Source: the human T2T-CHM13v2.0 reference genome, Homo sapiens. From it: a DNA stretch of 64,000 nucleotides. The position numbers and the translations under genes are program-made. Below, one piece after another: positions 26,711 through 42,011 of the stretch (the stretch's first letter is position 1; every line of letters begins with the position of its first letter). Location of the stretch: assembly GCF_009914755.1 (NCBI RefSeq), contig NC_060925.1. The stretch is one strand, 5' to 3'. The notes under the pieces are model-generated. The model was not told the origin of the DNA and did no database searches. It saw only the letters and a program-made list of their open reading frames with translations.

Positions 26711-26736
26711 AAGGACAGGGAAAGCTTCCAGAACAT
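26230..26736 (-). CDS. GREM2: Gremlin-2 (PRDC), secreted DAN-family cystine-knot BMP antagonist, 168 aa
   Basis: MFWKLSLSLFLVAVLVKVAEA signal peptide, WCKTQPL...NRFCYGQCNSFYIP...CAFCKP...CRC DAN domain with 9 Cys, N-glycosylation sequons NNS and NLS. The true ATG is 26736-26734; the ORF-track extension to 26793 is intronic. Confidence 0.99.
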   Translation of the reverse strand: MFWKLSLSLFLVAVLVKVAEARKNRPAGAIPSPYKDGSSNNSERWQHQIKEVLASSQEALVVTERKYLKSDWCKTQPLRQTVSEEGCRSRTILNRFCYGQCNSFYIPRHVKKEEESFQSCAFCKPQRVTSVLVELECPGLDPPFRLKKIQKVKQCRCMSVNLSDSDKQ

Positions 26737-26737
26737 C

Positions 26738-26775
26738 CTGCAAACGAGAAAAGAGAGGGGCTGGCTGTGAAGGGC
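26738..26775 (-). other. GREM2: Splice acceptor of the GREM2 coding exon
   Basis: Minus strand reads CTTCACAGCCAGCCCCTCTCTTTTCTCGTTTGCAG|G-ATG; the exon starts at 26737, 1 nt before the ATG. Confidence 0.93.
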
Positions 26776-26799
26776 CGTAGAGTACGGGATCAATCTTAC

Positions 26800-27085
26800 T
26801 TATTTTTTTTTTTATTTTAGACATGGTCTGGCTCTGTTGCCCAGGCTGGAGTGCAGGGGCACGTAGCTTGCTGCAGGCTCAAACTCTGGGATCCTCCTGC
26901 CTCAGCCTCCTGTGTGGCTAGAACTACAGGCTTGCACCACCACGCCCATCTACTTTCTTTTTATTTTTTTTTGTAGAGACGGGATCTCACCATGTTACCC
27001 AGGCTGGTCTGGAACTCCTGGCCTCAAGCGCTCCTCTGCCTCAGCCTCCCAAAGCCCTGGGATCATAGGCGTGAGCCACCACGTC
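26800..27085 (-). mobile_element. AluJ just upstream of the GREM2 acceptor (sense to GREM2)
   Basis: Poly(T) then diverged antisense Alu with deletions. Confidence 0.9.
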
Positions 27086-27361
27086 TTTTTAATGCTGTAC
27101 GGTTTTACTAGCAGTGACAGTCAGGTGGGGCATGGCAGACTGATGGCTGCCCAGGGGCAGCTGGAGGTGAAAAGGGATTAAATGGTACAAGTGTAGGCAG
27201 TTAGGACTGCACCCCAAATAATGCCTGGAAGGCAAGGAGGCGGACAAAATGGCCAGTAACTTATGCAGTAAATGCAGTTAGAAAACACGCGTGTTGAACA
27301 GTTACAGAAGTACAAAGCAAATGCTGGGAAGAGAGACCTCAAGCCAGTTTGCAGAAGTACC

Positions 27362-27645
27362 AATAATAGTTAATACTCAATATTTACAGTGTTTTACTTT
27401 GTGCCAAGTGCTGTCCTAAGAGTACATCTCATTTACATGTATATCTCATTTCATCCTAAAAATAGCCTTCAGTTGGAGGTGGTATTATGACCCCTTTACA
27501 GTGAAGGGGTCACTTTACAGTGAAGGAAACTGAGGCTGGGGCCCACAGAAGTTGAGTCATTTACCTGAGGTCACACAACCACTAAACAATGGCCCAGGAT
27601 TTGAAGCCAGCCAGACATCTACCTCCAGAGCCATCAATGTTAACC
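27362..27645 (-). mobile_element. MIR
   Basis: TTTACAGTGAAGGAAACTGAGGCT, CCTGAGGTCACACA, GGATTTGAAGCCAG. Confidence 0.88.
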
Positions 27646-27915
27646 AGCAGACATGGATGTGATTACAAAAATTAGTAAGTACAAAGTAGAGAGAAGATGG
27701 GTGTCGTTCACAAGTTTCTTTAAAAATGAGTATTAAAGATAGAACTGGACATAGGCTAGAAAAATTACTAGTTGCATCTGTATTATTACATATGAATAAT
27801 AACATTAGCATTTAACATCTGCACACAGATGTTCAAATCATTCAAATGAGTCATAAATTAGAGTCTCCTAGTAGAAACTAATTCCCAGGTGTGAATTAAG
27901 AAATTTCCCTAGCTG

Positions 27916-28235
<320 letters not shown>

Positions 28236-28744
28236 TCATCTCATTTGTATTAGGAGACTATGACACAAATTCAATAGGAATGAGAATTGGACAGAAATTA
28301 TTCTCATGCTATCTAAAACGTGGCTTGCAGGGCACAAGCCAAAGTCTGACTAAAGTGAAAGATAGACTTCAAAGTGTAATTCACATTTTAAATTTTTGTA
28401 TTTTTAGTAGTAGCCCCAAGGAACACTAATACCCAGCAATATTGAGGACTCTGATCTCTTTTTACAACGGTAGCTACCAATGTAGCTGTTACCAACATCA
28501 TCATCATCTTTATGTTTACTCATTTTCTGTTTTACCTTCTCTAGGACTCCATGAATTCCCATTCTTTTAACATGTATACCCTAAAATGGACATGTAACAA
28601 TTATATATACATCATATGTATCATATAGTAATATAGTATATATCAGTTGTTATATTTATCAATCATGAGTATATAGAAATAACTAAAATTGAATATTAAA
28701 TATGTTAAATGTTTGAATTTTTTACGTCTTAAATATATCCATGC

Positions 28745-28985
28745 TAATGGTAATAGCAAATATTTATTGATTCTCAAAGTACATCAAACACTTACAGTTT
28801 ACTTTCATGTATAGACGTATTTAATGATCTGAGTTCTATGAAGTAGGTACTATTATTTTCTTCATTTTATGGATGAGGACACTAAGGCATTGACAGGCTG
28901 CCAAGATTCTATAGCCAGTATGTGAAATATTTGAATCCAGGCATCCCGGCTCCAGAATCTGAGCTCTGGGTGAGTATAGCTGCCT
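28745..28985 (-). mobile_element. MIR
   Basis: CTATGAAGTAGGTACTATTATT...CATTTTATGGATGAGGACACTAAGGC...TTTGAATCCAGGC. Confidence 0.85.
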
Positions 28986-29009
28986 CTTTGTTAAAAATAT
29001 TTACGTTAA

Positions 29010-30314
<1,305 letters not shown>

Positions 30315-30419
30315 CTATACAGGTCATTGCCTTCAACAAGTCTGTAATTAAGAAGCCAGAGAAAGGCATGCACGTGACTGCGTGACAAAGGTATTTAGGA
30401 AGAATGGCCTGGGTCCTTG

Positions 30420-30690
30420 TGGTAGTGATCCTGTGACCAACGACATCTGAATCACCTGTGGTACTTTACAGTGCACATTCCTGGGCTCAAGAAGCATTCT
30501 TTTTAAAAAAAGTTTTAATTAAATTTCTTTTTAATTTTTAATGTTTGTGGGTACATAATAGGTATATATATTTATGGAGTACATGAGATCTTTTGATACA
30601 GGCCCCAAAGCATTCTGGGTCAGTAGTGTTGGGGTGGGGTTTCAGATCTGTATTTCTAAAAATTGCCTCACCCAATTCTGGTGGGATCCA
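30420..30690. mobile_element. MER5A-like element interrupted by an L1 fragment
   Basis: GAATCACCTG...CACATTCCTGGGCTC on the left; GGGGTGGGG...ATCTGTATTTCTAA on the right. Confidence 0.65.
30501..30607 (-). mobile_element. ~105-bp 5'-truncated L1MA-type 3' end with TSD
   Basis: TTTGTGGGTACATAATAGGTATATATATTTATGGAGTACATGAGAT..TTTGATACAGG; AAGCATTCT at 30492-30500 and 30608-30616. Confidence 0.85.
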
Positions 30691-32987
30691 ATGGCCACAA
30701 AGTATAGTGAGGGCGAAAGGGAAAAGCATCGGTTCTACCTGGAGAAGGAGCAGGAGGAGCTTAGGAAGTCACAAGTAAGTGGGTCCCTTGAAATCTGAAC
30801 AGGATTCCTCAGGGCGATGATATGGGCAAAAGCAAAGGGTTTGGTACTGTCGATGACGCTGGGCAAAGGGAGTAAAAAAAAAAAATTGAAAGCAGAAAGG
30901 AGAAAAAAAAAGTTTTTTTTTTTTTGCAAAAACATTTTGTCCAGCACAATTATTAAAATTTTAACGCCTCATTTTTAAAGGGTTTTTCTCATGCCTCCTT
31001 AGTTGCACACATGAAATGTCATATGAAAATGGCCACGCTTCCAGCTGGCTCAGGCCAAGTGTCAAGTATTGGACTCGCTCAGCTTACATAGCTTATTATA
31101 TTTGTGGAATGATTTGTGATCTCAATAGCCTCTTAAAAAGAAAGTATTTTGGTTCCATTTTAATAATTTCCGAAATTATTAACATTCTGAGTAAACATAA
31201 CCAAGAGTTTGCAAGTCCCAGCCAGGAAAGATTGACAGAGTCAGTCTGGTCCTCAATTCCTAGTTCCAGTAACAGCTTCACATGCATGGCTGATAGACTC
31301 AAAAATGCACGCTTTCCTTCAACAGGTCCTAGATCTTATCAGAGAGAACAGAGCTAAGACAGAGCTGACAGAGCTAAATCAGATCAATTTGAGGCAAAAC
31401 CTCTTAGGGCCAATAGTATTAGATGTGGTGCTGGGCATTCTTTGAACTCATTAACATGTTTTCAAAACATCTGGCAATCATCCTTAGAAGTTAGGTCTCA
31501 CGGGAAGCTAAGCAAAAATGCAAACCTTCAACTTTCAGGAAGGGGGAAAAGTGGTTGAGGAAATCTCGATGACTGGGGCGAAGTCAGTCTCTTCTCTTTT
31601 TCCTTTCCTACATCTCATTTCTTTTCTCCTTCACACATAGCAATAGTAAGATGGCCAAGGATCTGGCATCTCACTGTCAGACAGGTAAGTAGGCAAGAGG
31701 TGTTCGGCCATGGTGACCCACAGTGACTGTGAGGCTGTATCCTCCTACTTCAGAGCATTCAGGCAGTTGAGCCAGCAACTGCTAACGGCACCTACACTGC
31801 TGGCCCTTGGCTGTGCAGAGTTCACCAGGGGAGAGAACGTCCGTTCTCTTGCTTGCCTCTGTCCGTTCGCTCATCATCCCTGCACAAGCATGTCAGCGGC
31901 CCCGCCAGGAGCTGAATTTAGCACTTTATAGAAAGTCCCACTCTGTCCTGAACCACTTTGCTAATCAGAAAAATGGTTGGCACACAATTAACCTTTCAGG
32001 AATGTTGCCACCCCTGCCGGTAACGACAGCACGAGGATACTTCATTTTATTCTCACATCTTGTATTTGGCTTGTATCAGAAGAAACTCATAAATAAATCC
32101 TGTTGGTTTTATTAACCATCTTTCTGGCCTGACCATGTTCTCAATTTACAAGGGGTGCCAGGACTGTAAATGCTGATGGTCTAAGCAGACTGGGTTGGCC
32201 AAAGTTGGTTGTGCAAAGAGAGAGGTAGTGGAAGTGCTTTCCTTTTAAGTGAACGCCCTCAGGCCTGGCCTCTGTAGATACCAGAATAAGGACTGCACAG
32301 GCCAAAGCAAGCTAGTATTTAGGCAGCTAAGGAATCCATCACAGGCCCCTTCTATCAGCCGTTCCTAAAAGTGGCAAGACCTGAACAGGGGTTCTACAAC
32401 AGGAGCTTGAACAATAAAACTTCCTGATTTCTAGGAAAGAATACAGTAGTGCTGAGTCATCCTTCCTGACAGGCAAATGCAAGTGACCAATGGCAAAGGG
32501 TACAGCTAAGCTGATGAACTCACTCCAAGAGTGGCCTTCTTGAGTTTTAGAAGTCAAATCAAGTTAGCCCTGGGCTGTGCAGGAATGGTGAATGGCGTGG
32601 GGCTGAAACTTTTTCTACAACCTGAGGATTTTATGGCATTCTTGGAAAGTTGAAGGGAAGTCCCCAGGGCTGAATAGCTGAATACTGATAGGCACATCTG
32701 GGATAAACTTGCTCCCATTACCCAAGTGAAAACCATGGCAGAACCAAACAAAACTCCCAACAAGATTACACTTCAGAGGTCATTTTTATGAGGTTTAGTA
32801 CTGCCACAGCCTCAGCTACTAAAGGCACTTCATCGATGACTTGGATTCTTAGGCTGGGAGGGTGGTGGTCTGGCTCTTCAGTTAAACCTTTAGAGACAGA
32901 GGTCGATGTTTCTTGGCCCTGGGATCAGGGATCATCCTCGCAGCCAAAGATTGCTTGCTTGCTGAAACCACTTACCCCCAGCTTCTA

Positions 32988-33206
32988 TAAACTAAGGCAA
33001 ACTATGGCCCACAGGCCAAACCCAACCTGAGATCTGTTTTGTAAATAAAGTTATGTTGGAACACAGCCACAGCCACTCATTTAGTCTATGGCTGCTGCTT
33101 TGGTGCTATAAGGGCAGAGTGAGTGGTGGAGACCTGAATATAATGCCCATGGTCTAAAATATTTACTTTCTGGGCTTTTACAGAAACACTTTGCTAAGTC
33201 CTGCTC
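32988..33206. mobile_element. MER58A hAT-Charlie element
   Basis: GGCAAACTATGGCCCACAGGCCAAA...TGTAAATAAAGTT..TTGGAACACAGCCA...AAAATATTTACT..CTGG..TTTTACAGAAA. Confidence 0.9.
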
Positions 33207-33279
33207 CAAACATTTTCTATCCAATTCAATCTTTGCCTTCTCTTTAGTGTTGAACTCTTTTGCCAGAAAAGTAGCTTTC

Positions 33280-34360
<1,081 letters not shown>

Positions 34361-35599
34361 ACAGCAAGCTCAAATGCCATGGCTGTGTGACTGAAAATAA
34401 ATGATTACAACTTACCCGAAGTGAGAGAAATTAAAATATGAGGAAAGGAAAAATAAGAATTTCCAACTATAAATCTTCTGAACTGTCATGGAAATAATAG
34501 GAAGTGACTTGCAACTTCAAAGCAGAAAGATCAGGGCATCCCACATGACTCAGAAGTTTGAAATCCAAATGGATTCATTTACTTTTCCAAGTGACATTGC
34601 CTGAGTGGAACACTGACTATCATTTTGTTCCAGGAGAAGCTTAATTTCATCTGGAAAAATTATATTATGTTTTCTTAAAAAGGTTTTCAACAGAGAAGAA
34701 ATGATACTATCATTACTTACTTTGACTTCTGGACAGCAAATGCATCATTAGGGAATTTGTAATCAACGTTCTAAATCTTTGAAGAAATTGTTGGGGTAAA
34801 TTCAGGATAGGAAATGGAATGCTGAAGCAAGATGGCAGCAAAGCATTAAATTAAATAAGGAGATGAATGAGGAAGCGCTTGGAAAGCTGTGCGTTTATAC
34901 ACAAGTGGGCTGCTTCTCTCTAGGGTACATCCATGTGCGGATGGGAGGGAGAACATGGTTTCTGGGCCCTGAGCTGCCCATGTTGTGACCCCGTGTGACT
35001 CACTCCCAGGCTTCTCTGGGTTCTCCCCTGTAAAATGGTGTTAATGACACTTGCCACCCTCTGGACCTTGTTGCTGTCAGAAGAATGTGACACTGAAATC
35101 ACATCAAAACCCAAGAACCCTCCGAGCAAAAAGGACCATGAGTTTTATTTGAAAGGAAGGAAGAAATCAGAAGCTATCCATTAGAATTTTACAGCCAGTG
35201 ACATTGTTCTCTGCAGCCATTAGGCAGTACCTAAATATTTTTTTTTTCAGATAAAGATTTTAGACTGCTGCCCGAAACACCAATCATGCTCTCGTGATTC
35301 CACAGCCCAAAGACCCCCTCTTCGACCTTCCTAGGACAGCATTCTGTGTCCAGTGAGAGCTAAAATAGCAGACGTCCACTTCCCTCGGAGCAGAGTATAG
35401 CTTTTCTGTCTCTGTATACATAAAAATTCAAGAGGCCTGTCTAAAATGCTTTGAACAAAATCAAAAATATCCTGTCCATGCAACCCACCAACTTTTCCTG
35501 TTCACTCTTACTTCAAGCTACTTCATTATACTTGCTGTATGTTAGTTTGGAGGAATGGTGACAGAGCACATAGCAAAGCCTGATGAAACTATCACTGTA

Positions 35600-37238
35600 A
35601 CCCCTTTTTCCTCTGAAACTCTTGAGAAAATATTTTTCAATTATTTTGCTTCACTCTTCCAGTATCTTTTCGTGATTTTTCTTTCTGTGCTCTCCTCTTA
35701 AAGGTTGGTGTTCCCCAAGAATTTTTTCCATAACCCTGTCTTCTCATTCCTCACATTTCTACTAAGAATTTCATTCATGCCTACGACTTCAACTAGCTCT
35801 CTGCTCATGACTCATAGACCCTCTACTCAACTGCCTATCAAACATTCCCCAAATGTCCTGTAGGCACCTCAAATTCTATATGTTCCAAATCTTTTCATAT
35901 CTTCCCACTCATCATTCCTCTGATAGATGCTATCCCAATGAACAGAACAGCACCGATCCTTTCACCTCAACCAGAAAGTTGAATTTGAACAGACTCTGTT
36001 CACTTACTTCCTAAGAGTCAAGATCTCCATTCTTCCTTACTAACAGAACCATAATTTGTTCAGGTATTGAATTTCAAGTTCTTCATAGACCTTTCTACAC
36101 ACCGTGGAGTTGAAAGGTGGTTGGTCCAAGCCAATTGGTTATTCCACTGTCCTTGCAAGCGACTGATTTAAGCATGGGCAATAAGGTAACTGTGAGGCAA
36201 GGTGCAGCCTCCTTGGAAAAGTTTTTATTCCCTGATGAAAAGAGACATGCCAGGAGAAACTACCATTCAGGTCTTTATTGTGGTTAGGCAAGGATGTGAT
36301 GACTGAGGCTTTAGCAGCTTCCATGAGGGGCAAGCACAGGATGCAAATCAAATCTTTGCAGTATAGAGCACAAAATGGAAAGCAACTGGATTCTTGATTA
36401 TGTTATTAAGCCACTGTACTCAGCAGCCCTGGAACTGCTTACCTCTGGACTTCGTGTTCGTGAGTTAAATTCTTTAGTATTTAAATCACTTTTGCACAGC
36501 TACTGGAGAGTATCCCAGTTTATCTTCCCGTATATTAAGTCCATCAACAAGACCTCATCTTCTTTCATTCCTCACTTCTTAATCCCACTGTTACCACTTT
36601 GGTTGAGATCCTCATCATCTGAACATTGTGTTAGTCTCTTCGCTGGCCTCCCTTCTCCCTTCAGATTCACACTCTCAGATCCATCTTCTCAGCTCCTATC
36701 AGAGTGGACATTTTAACCTGCAAATCTGTCTGTGTTATTCCTTCACATTAAACCCTTTAAAGATTTCTCGTCACTTACAAACAAGTTCAAAGTCTTTGGC
36801 ACAATGCATAGGCCTTCTGCAATCTTTGTCTTCTTCCTGTCCCATCAGATAGTATCCCTTTACCTTACACCTTATGCTTGAAATGCACAAAACTATGTGT
36901 TCTATCTACCACATGCAAGGCTGCTTTCCACTCCCATATAGCTATTGCTTTAGCCTGAGATAGTATTTCTCTGGCCACTGTTAGTCACTTAGGCTTCAAT
37001 AAAATGCTGTTTCCTTTGTGAAACCATACATGTTTCCTGTGCTCTTTATTTTTGCCATGGTCATGACAGACTGCCTTCATATAGCCAATAGATGTGGTGT
37101 AGCTATTGTCTGCACATTTTCTCCCCCACTGGAGTCTAAGTAATTGGAAGAGAGGGGTATTTAATCTTTGTTTCCACAGTCACTTACAGTGGGTCTAGAG
37201 CATAGTTTTAAATGTTTATTAATTTATGAATGAATGAA
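35600..37238 (+). mobile_element. L2 remnant interrupted by a MaLR LTR
   Basis: TAGGCACCTCAAATTCTATATGTTCCAAA, TGCAAATCTG, CTCCCCCACTGGAGTCTAAG, tail ATGAATGAATGAA. Confidence 0.8.
36010..36510 (+). mobile_element. MLT1 (J/K/L-type) MaLR LTR
   Basis: CTTCCTTACTAACAGAACC, GGTCCAAGCCAAT, AGCCCTGGAACTGCTTACCTCTGGACTTC. Confidence 0.78.
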
Positions 37239-38184
37239 GGACTGGATGATTGACCAGGTTTTACCTACACTAGTATAGATGTGACATTTTTTCTATTTTT
37301 AAAAACTATAAAGAAGAACTTGAAACTGGCTTAACTTCTCAATAGGAGTGATACTTTCTACATAAGCCTTTAATCACAATAATTTAATGCCTATCTAGCT
37401 ATCAAAATCAGAAGTGAACATAATTATTAAAAATGGAATATTTGAAAAAATGGAAAAAAACTGTTCAGTACTAATAATTTTTGCAGGTCCTCATCTTCCT
37501 TTTATTTCAAAGTGTGTTCCACCCCTCTTTGCTCCTTCAATCACTGATCTAATATTCTTTGTTATTTCTCATCTTAACTACTACAGCAATTCTGGGTAAC
37601 TGGTCTTCAAATCAGCATATGTCTAACCCTCGGGGGCTACCCGTAGGCTTTCCAAGAGGTATGAGTACAAGGGTAGTTTTAGGGGAATCAATATACAAAT
37701 CCTCAACTTCCATTTTTTCTTTTCTTCCACGAGATCTGTTGAGGAAGTGCCTACAATAGAATGGACAGATTATCCTTTCCTGCCTCTCTTCTTGCACTTG
37801 ACAGAAGAAAGTGATAGCTCCCATCCAACCCACTCTTATTGTGGTATATTGCCTAAAGTACAAAAAAAGGCTCTAGGGCACCAAGCAAAGGGACAATTCT
37901 AAATATTGTTACCCTCACTAAAAAGTAAATGACTAATCAGTTCCTTTTGCAAGTCAGGCTGTTTCCCATAATTTTCTTTAAACCAAAATTAAAGGAGAAT
38001 CTAATTACATTAACAGCTAATATATCACCAAAAATAATTTTTGATAATGATTGCTGTTAGATTTTTTTCACGTCTAAGTTTGAAGGATTTTAAGAAATCA
38101 AGACATTGCTGTTAAGAAAATACATTGTATTATATTCTATTTATGTGAACACATTTCCTTAGTATATGTTATATATATAATAGA

Positions 38185-38591
38185 TGATATAGTTTGGATC
38201 TATGTCCCCGCCCCAATCTTATGTCAAATTATAATCCCCAATGTTGGAGGTGGGGCCTGGTGGAAGGTGATTGGATCATGGGGGCAGTTTCTAATGGTTT
38301 AACACCATTCCCCTAGTGCTGTGCTCATGATAGAGATGTCACAAGATCTAGTTGTTTAAAAGGGTGTGGCACCTCCCCTATCTCTCTCTTCCTCCTGCTC
38401 TGGCCATGTGAGAAGTGCTGGCTCCCACTTCAACTTCCGCCATGACTGTAAGTTTCCTGAGGCCTCCCCAGAAGCTGAGCAGATGACCAACATCATGCGT
38501 CCAGTGCAGCCTGCAGAACTGTGACCCAATTAAATCTCTTTTCTTTATACATTACCCATTCTCAGATATTTCTTTATAGCCGACTAATACA
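38185..38591 (+). mobile_element. MSTA-like MaLR solo LTR
   Basis: TGATATAGTTTGGATC...CCCCAATGTTGGAGGTGGGGCCTGG...TAAGTTTCCTGAGGCCTCCCCAGAAGC...ACTAATACA. Confidence 0.92.
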
Positions 38592-39954
38592 GTATATATT
38601 GCATATATGATTATACTATATAATCATACACACGCACAGTAGGGAATGTCTGCTGAGCCCTGTCTTCTTTCTAGGAAAAAGTAGTATTCATATATGAAAA
38701 CAAAAACAACAATAAAAAAACTCCATTCATGGGGCATCTATTTAAGAGATGAAAATAATTGAAATTTACCTTTTTGTATTTAATAATTACTTACTAAATT
38801 TATAAAATATTTATGCTATTTTGCCCTCTTTTTTCAGTGTTACTGGGTATATTTATGCCTTTTTTAATCAAATACTGTTCTTCACTCTAATGTGTAATCA
38901 ATCCAAAGAGCCAAAAAAATTAATCCCCAAAATTTAAATACTTTAATGTGACCACATTATTAAAATCAAAATCTACATGCATTCTTTTTGTCATAGAAAA
39001 GAATGATAGGAAAAAAAAAGAATGATATGGTGAAAAGCCTTTTATATATAAAACCTATTATGAAATAGTTCTATGGGTAGAACTACAATGAAATATGAAT
39101 TAAGGAGAAAAAAATGTAAAATTTCCTTTAGGGAGTATTTCTACATGTATTTTTCTTAAAAAGTGTATAATAGTGGGTATAAAATAGCAATGGTATTTAT
39201 ATTCCTCTGGAGACATTTTAAAACGTGGTATAACCATTTTTTTTAAAAAAAGATCCAGTTTGCAATACTCTTTACATAATATCTACTGCAAATTTTAGAT
39301 GTCAATTAAAAAGTGTGAGAGGTCATAGATTTAGAACTAAAAATGTTTGGAGAACAGTACACTGAAGTATATTAAAGCATATTATTATATGATTATTTGC
39401 AAGCATGAGAATATCATTAATGATTCTGGGCAAGAAGAATAAGTCATTCTTGAACTCTTTGATATGTAAAAATTTTATGTCCACATGAAAATGTTATAAA
39501 GAAAGACCTCAGGCTTCATTCCTCTCCTAGTCACTCACTCAAGTCTCTTGAATTCTGCAGCCTCTCTTTCCTGACAGTTTTTCAGAACAGTCTATTAGCT
39601 AATGGGTCCATAGAGGACTGGAAAGTCTCATATTAAGTAATTTAATTGAAACAAGAAGTCTGGTTTCGTCGGTGTTAAGTCTTACGCACCCTGCCTTTTT
39701 CAAGTTAGCTTTATTGACAACTGATGCTGAATTCAGACAAATTAGAGTGCAAATTCAAGGCTCTCGACCAAGGAAAACAAACATAATCAGAAACAATCAA
39801 TCAGGAGACTTAAAACATGCCAGTGGATATGGGAGTTACGGGAAAAGTGAAGAAAAAAAGTGTTGAAAACGGATTAAAAATGAACACCAATACCAAAAGC
39901 ATTCTCCATTTATGAGGCTATGCTAGGCAGCACTTTTGTTAAAGTTGTGCACAT

Positions 39955-40490
39955 TAATTTATTCATTCATTCATTTTCCATGTTCCATGCACCTTCCTAA
40001 GGTTTGAGATACAAAGAAGAATAAGACATTGACTTCCTCCCTGGAATAAGACAAAGAAACCGAAAGGGACAATAAACCTGGACATTGGAGGCTAGGGAAT
40101 TGGCTGTTTGAGTAAGCCATGAAAGACAATGTGAGCCTGAGCTAAGTGGTGATGGGGCTAGGGGTGAAGGAAACATTTCAGATGCTTGGGCTTTAGCGTG
40201 TTGAAGGGATTGAGTGACACAACAATGAAGAAGGGGGACATCTAGGTAGCTGCTTCAGGCAACTGGATGATGGGGCTGGAGCCGGGGCTGGTATTCACCA
40301 TGATAGAGAATATCGGAGGAAGAGCTGGTTTTGGGCAGGGCAGGGAGTTTCTATGGCACAAGGAATAAAAGATGTCTGGTAGAACATGGGCCTCAGAAAA
40401 TTGCTCTCCAGCGATGCCCAGCTCTGTGTGGGTAATAAGATTACTGAGCGGTAGAGTAAGAAGAAAAGTGGGCTGAGAGTGAAACTCAGG
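39955..40490 (-). mobile_element. L2 fragments
   Basis: TTATTCATTCATTCA tail; TTCAGGCAACTGGATGATGG, GGAGGAAGAGCTGGTTTTGGG. Confidence 0.6.
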
Positions 40491-40502
40491 GGAACACCAG
40501 CT

Positions 40503-40620
40503 TTTTCCTTCCCTCCATTCCTTCCTGCCTGCCTTCCTGCCTTCCTCCCTCCCTCCCTCCCTTCCTTCCTTCCTCCTTCCCTCCCTCCCTCCTTTACCTC
40601 TCTCTTTCTTTCTTTCTCTA
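40503..40620. repeat. (CCTT)n/(CCCT)n/(CTTT)n polypyrimidine tract
   Basis: Directly visible; occupies the tail position of the adjacent Alu. Confidence 0.95.
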
Positions 40621-40892
<272 letters not shown>

Positions 40893-41384
40893 AGAATACC
40901 AGCTTTTCAAGGAAGTAAGGAAATCTACAAAGGAAGACAAGGAAAAGCAGGAATAGCAAAGGCTATAAGAAGGCAGATGAGGGAAAGGCTGAAAAGTCTT
41001 CACTGGATGGAGAGAGGTCACCTTGGTGGAAGAATTTCAGAGAAGGAGGGTGGGGGTGGGAGGGAAACAAGATTGCAGAGAGGAAGAAGTGAAGACGATG
41101 TGTACAGAATCCTATTGACTATGCTTTAAAATGTTGCTGATAAACCATAATTTGTCTGCCCTTCCAAATATTTAAGGATCTACTCTAAGTGAAGTAAATG
41201 AAATAACTAGAGAGGATGGAAAGTGTTTTCTGACCCACAGCATTGGGAACCCAAGATACATCATCCTGAAAAGCTAAACAATGAGGTACGTGCCGAGCTG
41301 GTGCCTGGGCTTGAAATTCCCTCTATTTTTCTGAAATTTTGCTTGTTTCTCAAATAATTAACCTTCTCCTCCAAATACCTAACT

Positions 41385-41517
41385 TACTAGCTCTCTACAA
41401 TGGAAAACTTCATCAGGGTAGAGACTAAGTCTGTTTTGTTCACCACTGTATCTCTGGATTTTAGCACAGGTCCTGGACACATAGTAGATGACCAATACAT
41501 ATTTATTGAATGAAAGA
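41385..41517 (+). mobile_element. L2 3' end
   Basis: TGTTTTGTTCACCACTGTATCTC...AGCACAGGTCCTGGACACATAGTAG...TTTATTGAATGAA. Confidence 0.85.
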
Positions 41518-42011
41518 ACACACATCTAATGTTTCAGAGAAACTGTAGATGTTGTATTTGCTCATATTCAAACAGCCAGAATATAACTGATATTTGAGAA
41601 GGGGAACGTCTGGGAGGTTAGGAGAATCAGTTCTTGGCCTTTTTATTTTGGAAATAAAGCAAATGTAAGTGTACCATTCATGCAGCAAATATTTACTGAG
41701 TGCACATGTGCTCGTGCTGTTTCGTGTCCATTCTGCCTTTTATAACTGTTTAGATCTTTCCTAGGATCAGCCTAATTATAAATAATGTAAATAAAAAGGA
41801 CTTCTACTGAACTTTTGAAGTATTTGTAGAGAATGTTTCTTGTTAACATCAAACAGAACCAGTTATACCTTAAGCCAAGCTTATCAAGTATTTTTTAATA
41901 CATTGTTTCCAAACACAAGTATTGGCACATTTTTCCATAGAGCAAGTTCTATTAACAATCTATTACTTGTATGCAACACAAATTCAATAAACGACTTTCT
42001 TTTTCTTTTAT

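Noticed and set aside
26737-26793. 19-aa N-terminal extension of GREM2 in the ORF track
   Set aside because: Starts at a non-ATG codon and crosses the splice acceptor, so it is intronic.
26137-26820. 227-aa + strand ORF, and overlapping - strand ORFs of 141 and 99 aa
   Set aside because: Shadow frames of the GC-rich GREM2 CDS. The + ORF is the in-register antisense frame, with a non-ATG start and no recognisable domain.
30865-30925. A-run/T-run hairpin resembling a terminator
   Set aside because: Simple mononucleotide tracts with no associated gene or element.
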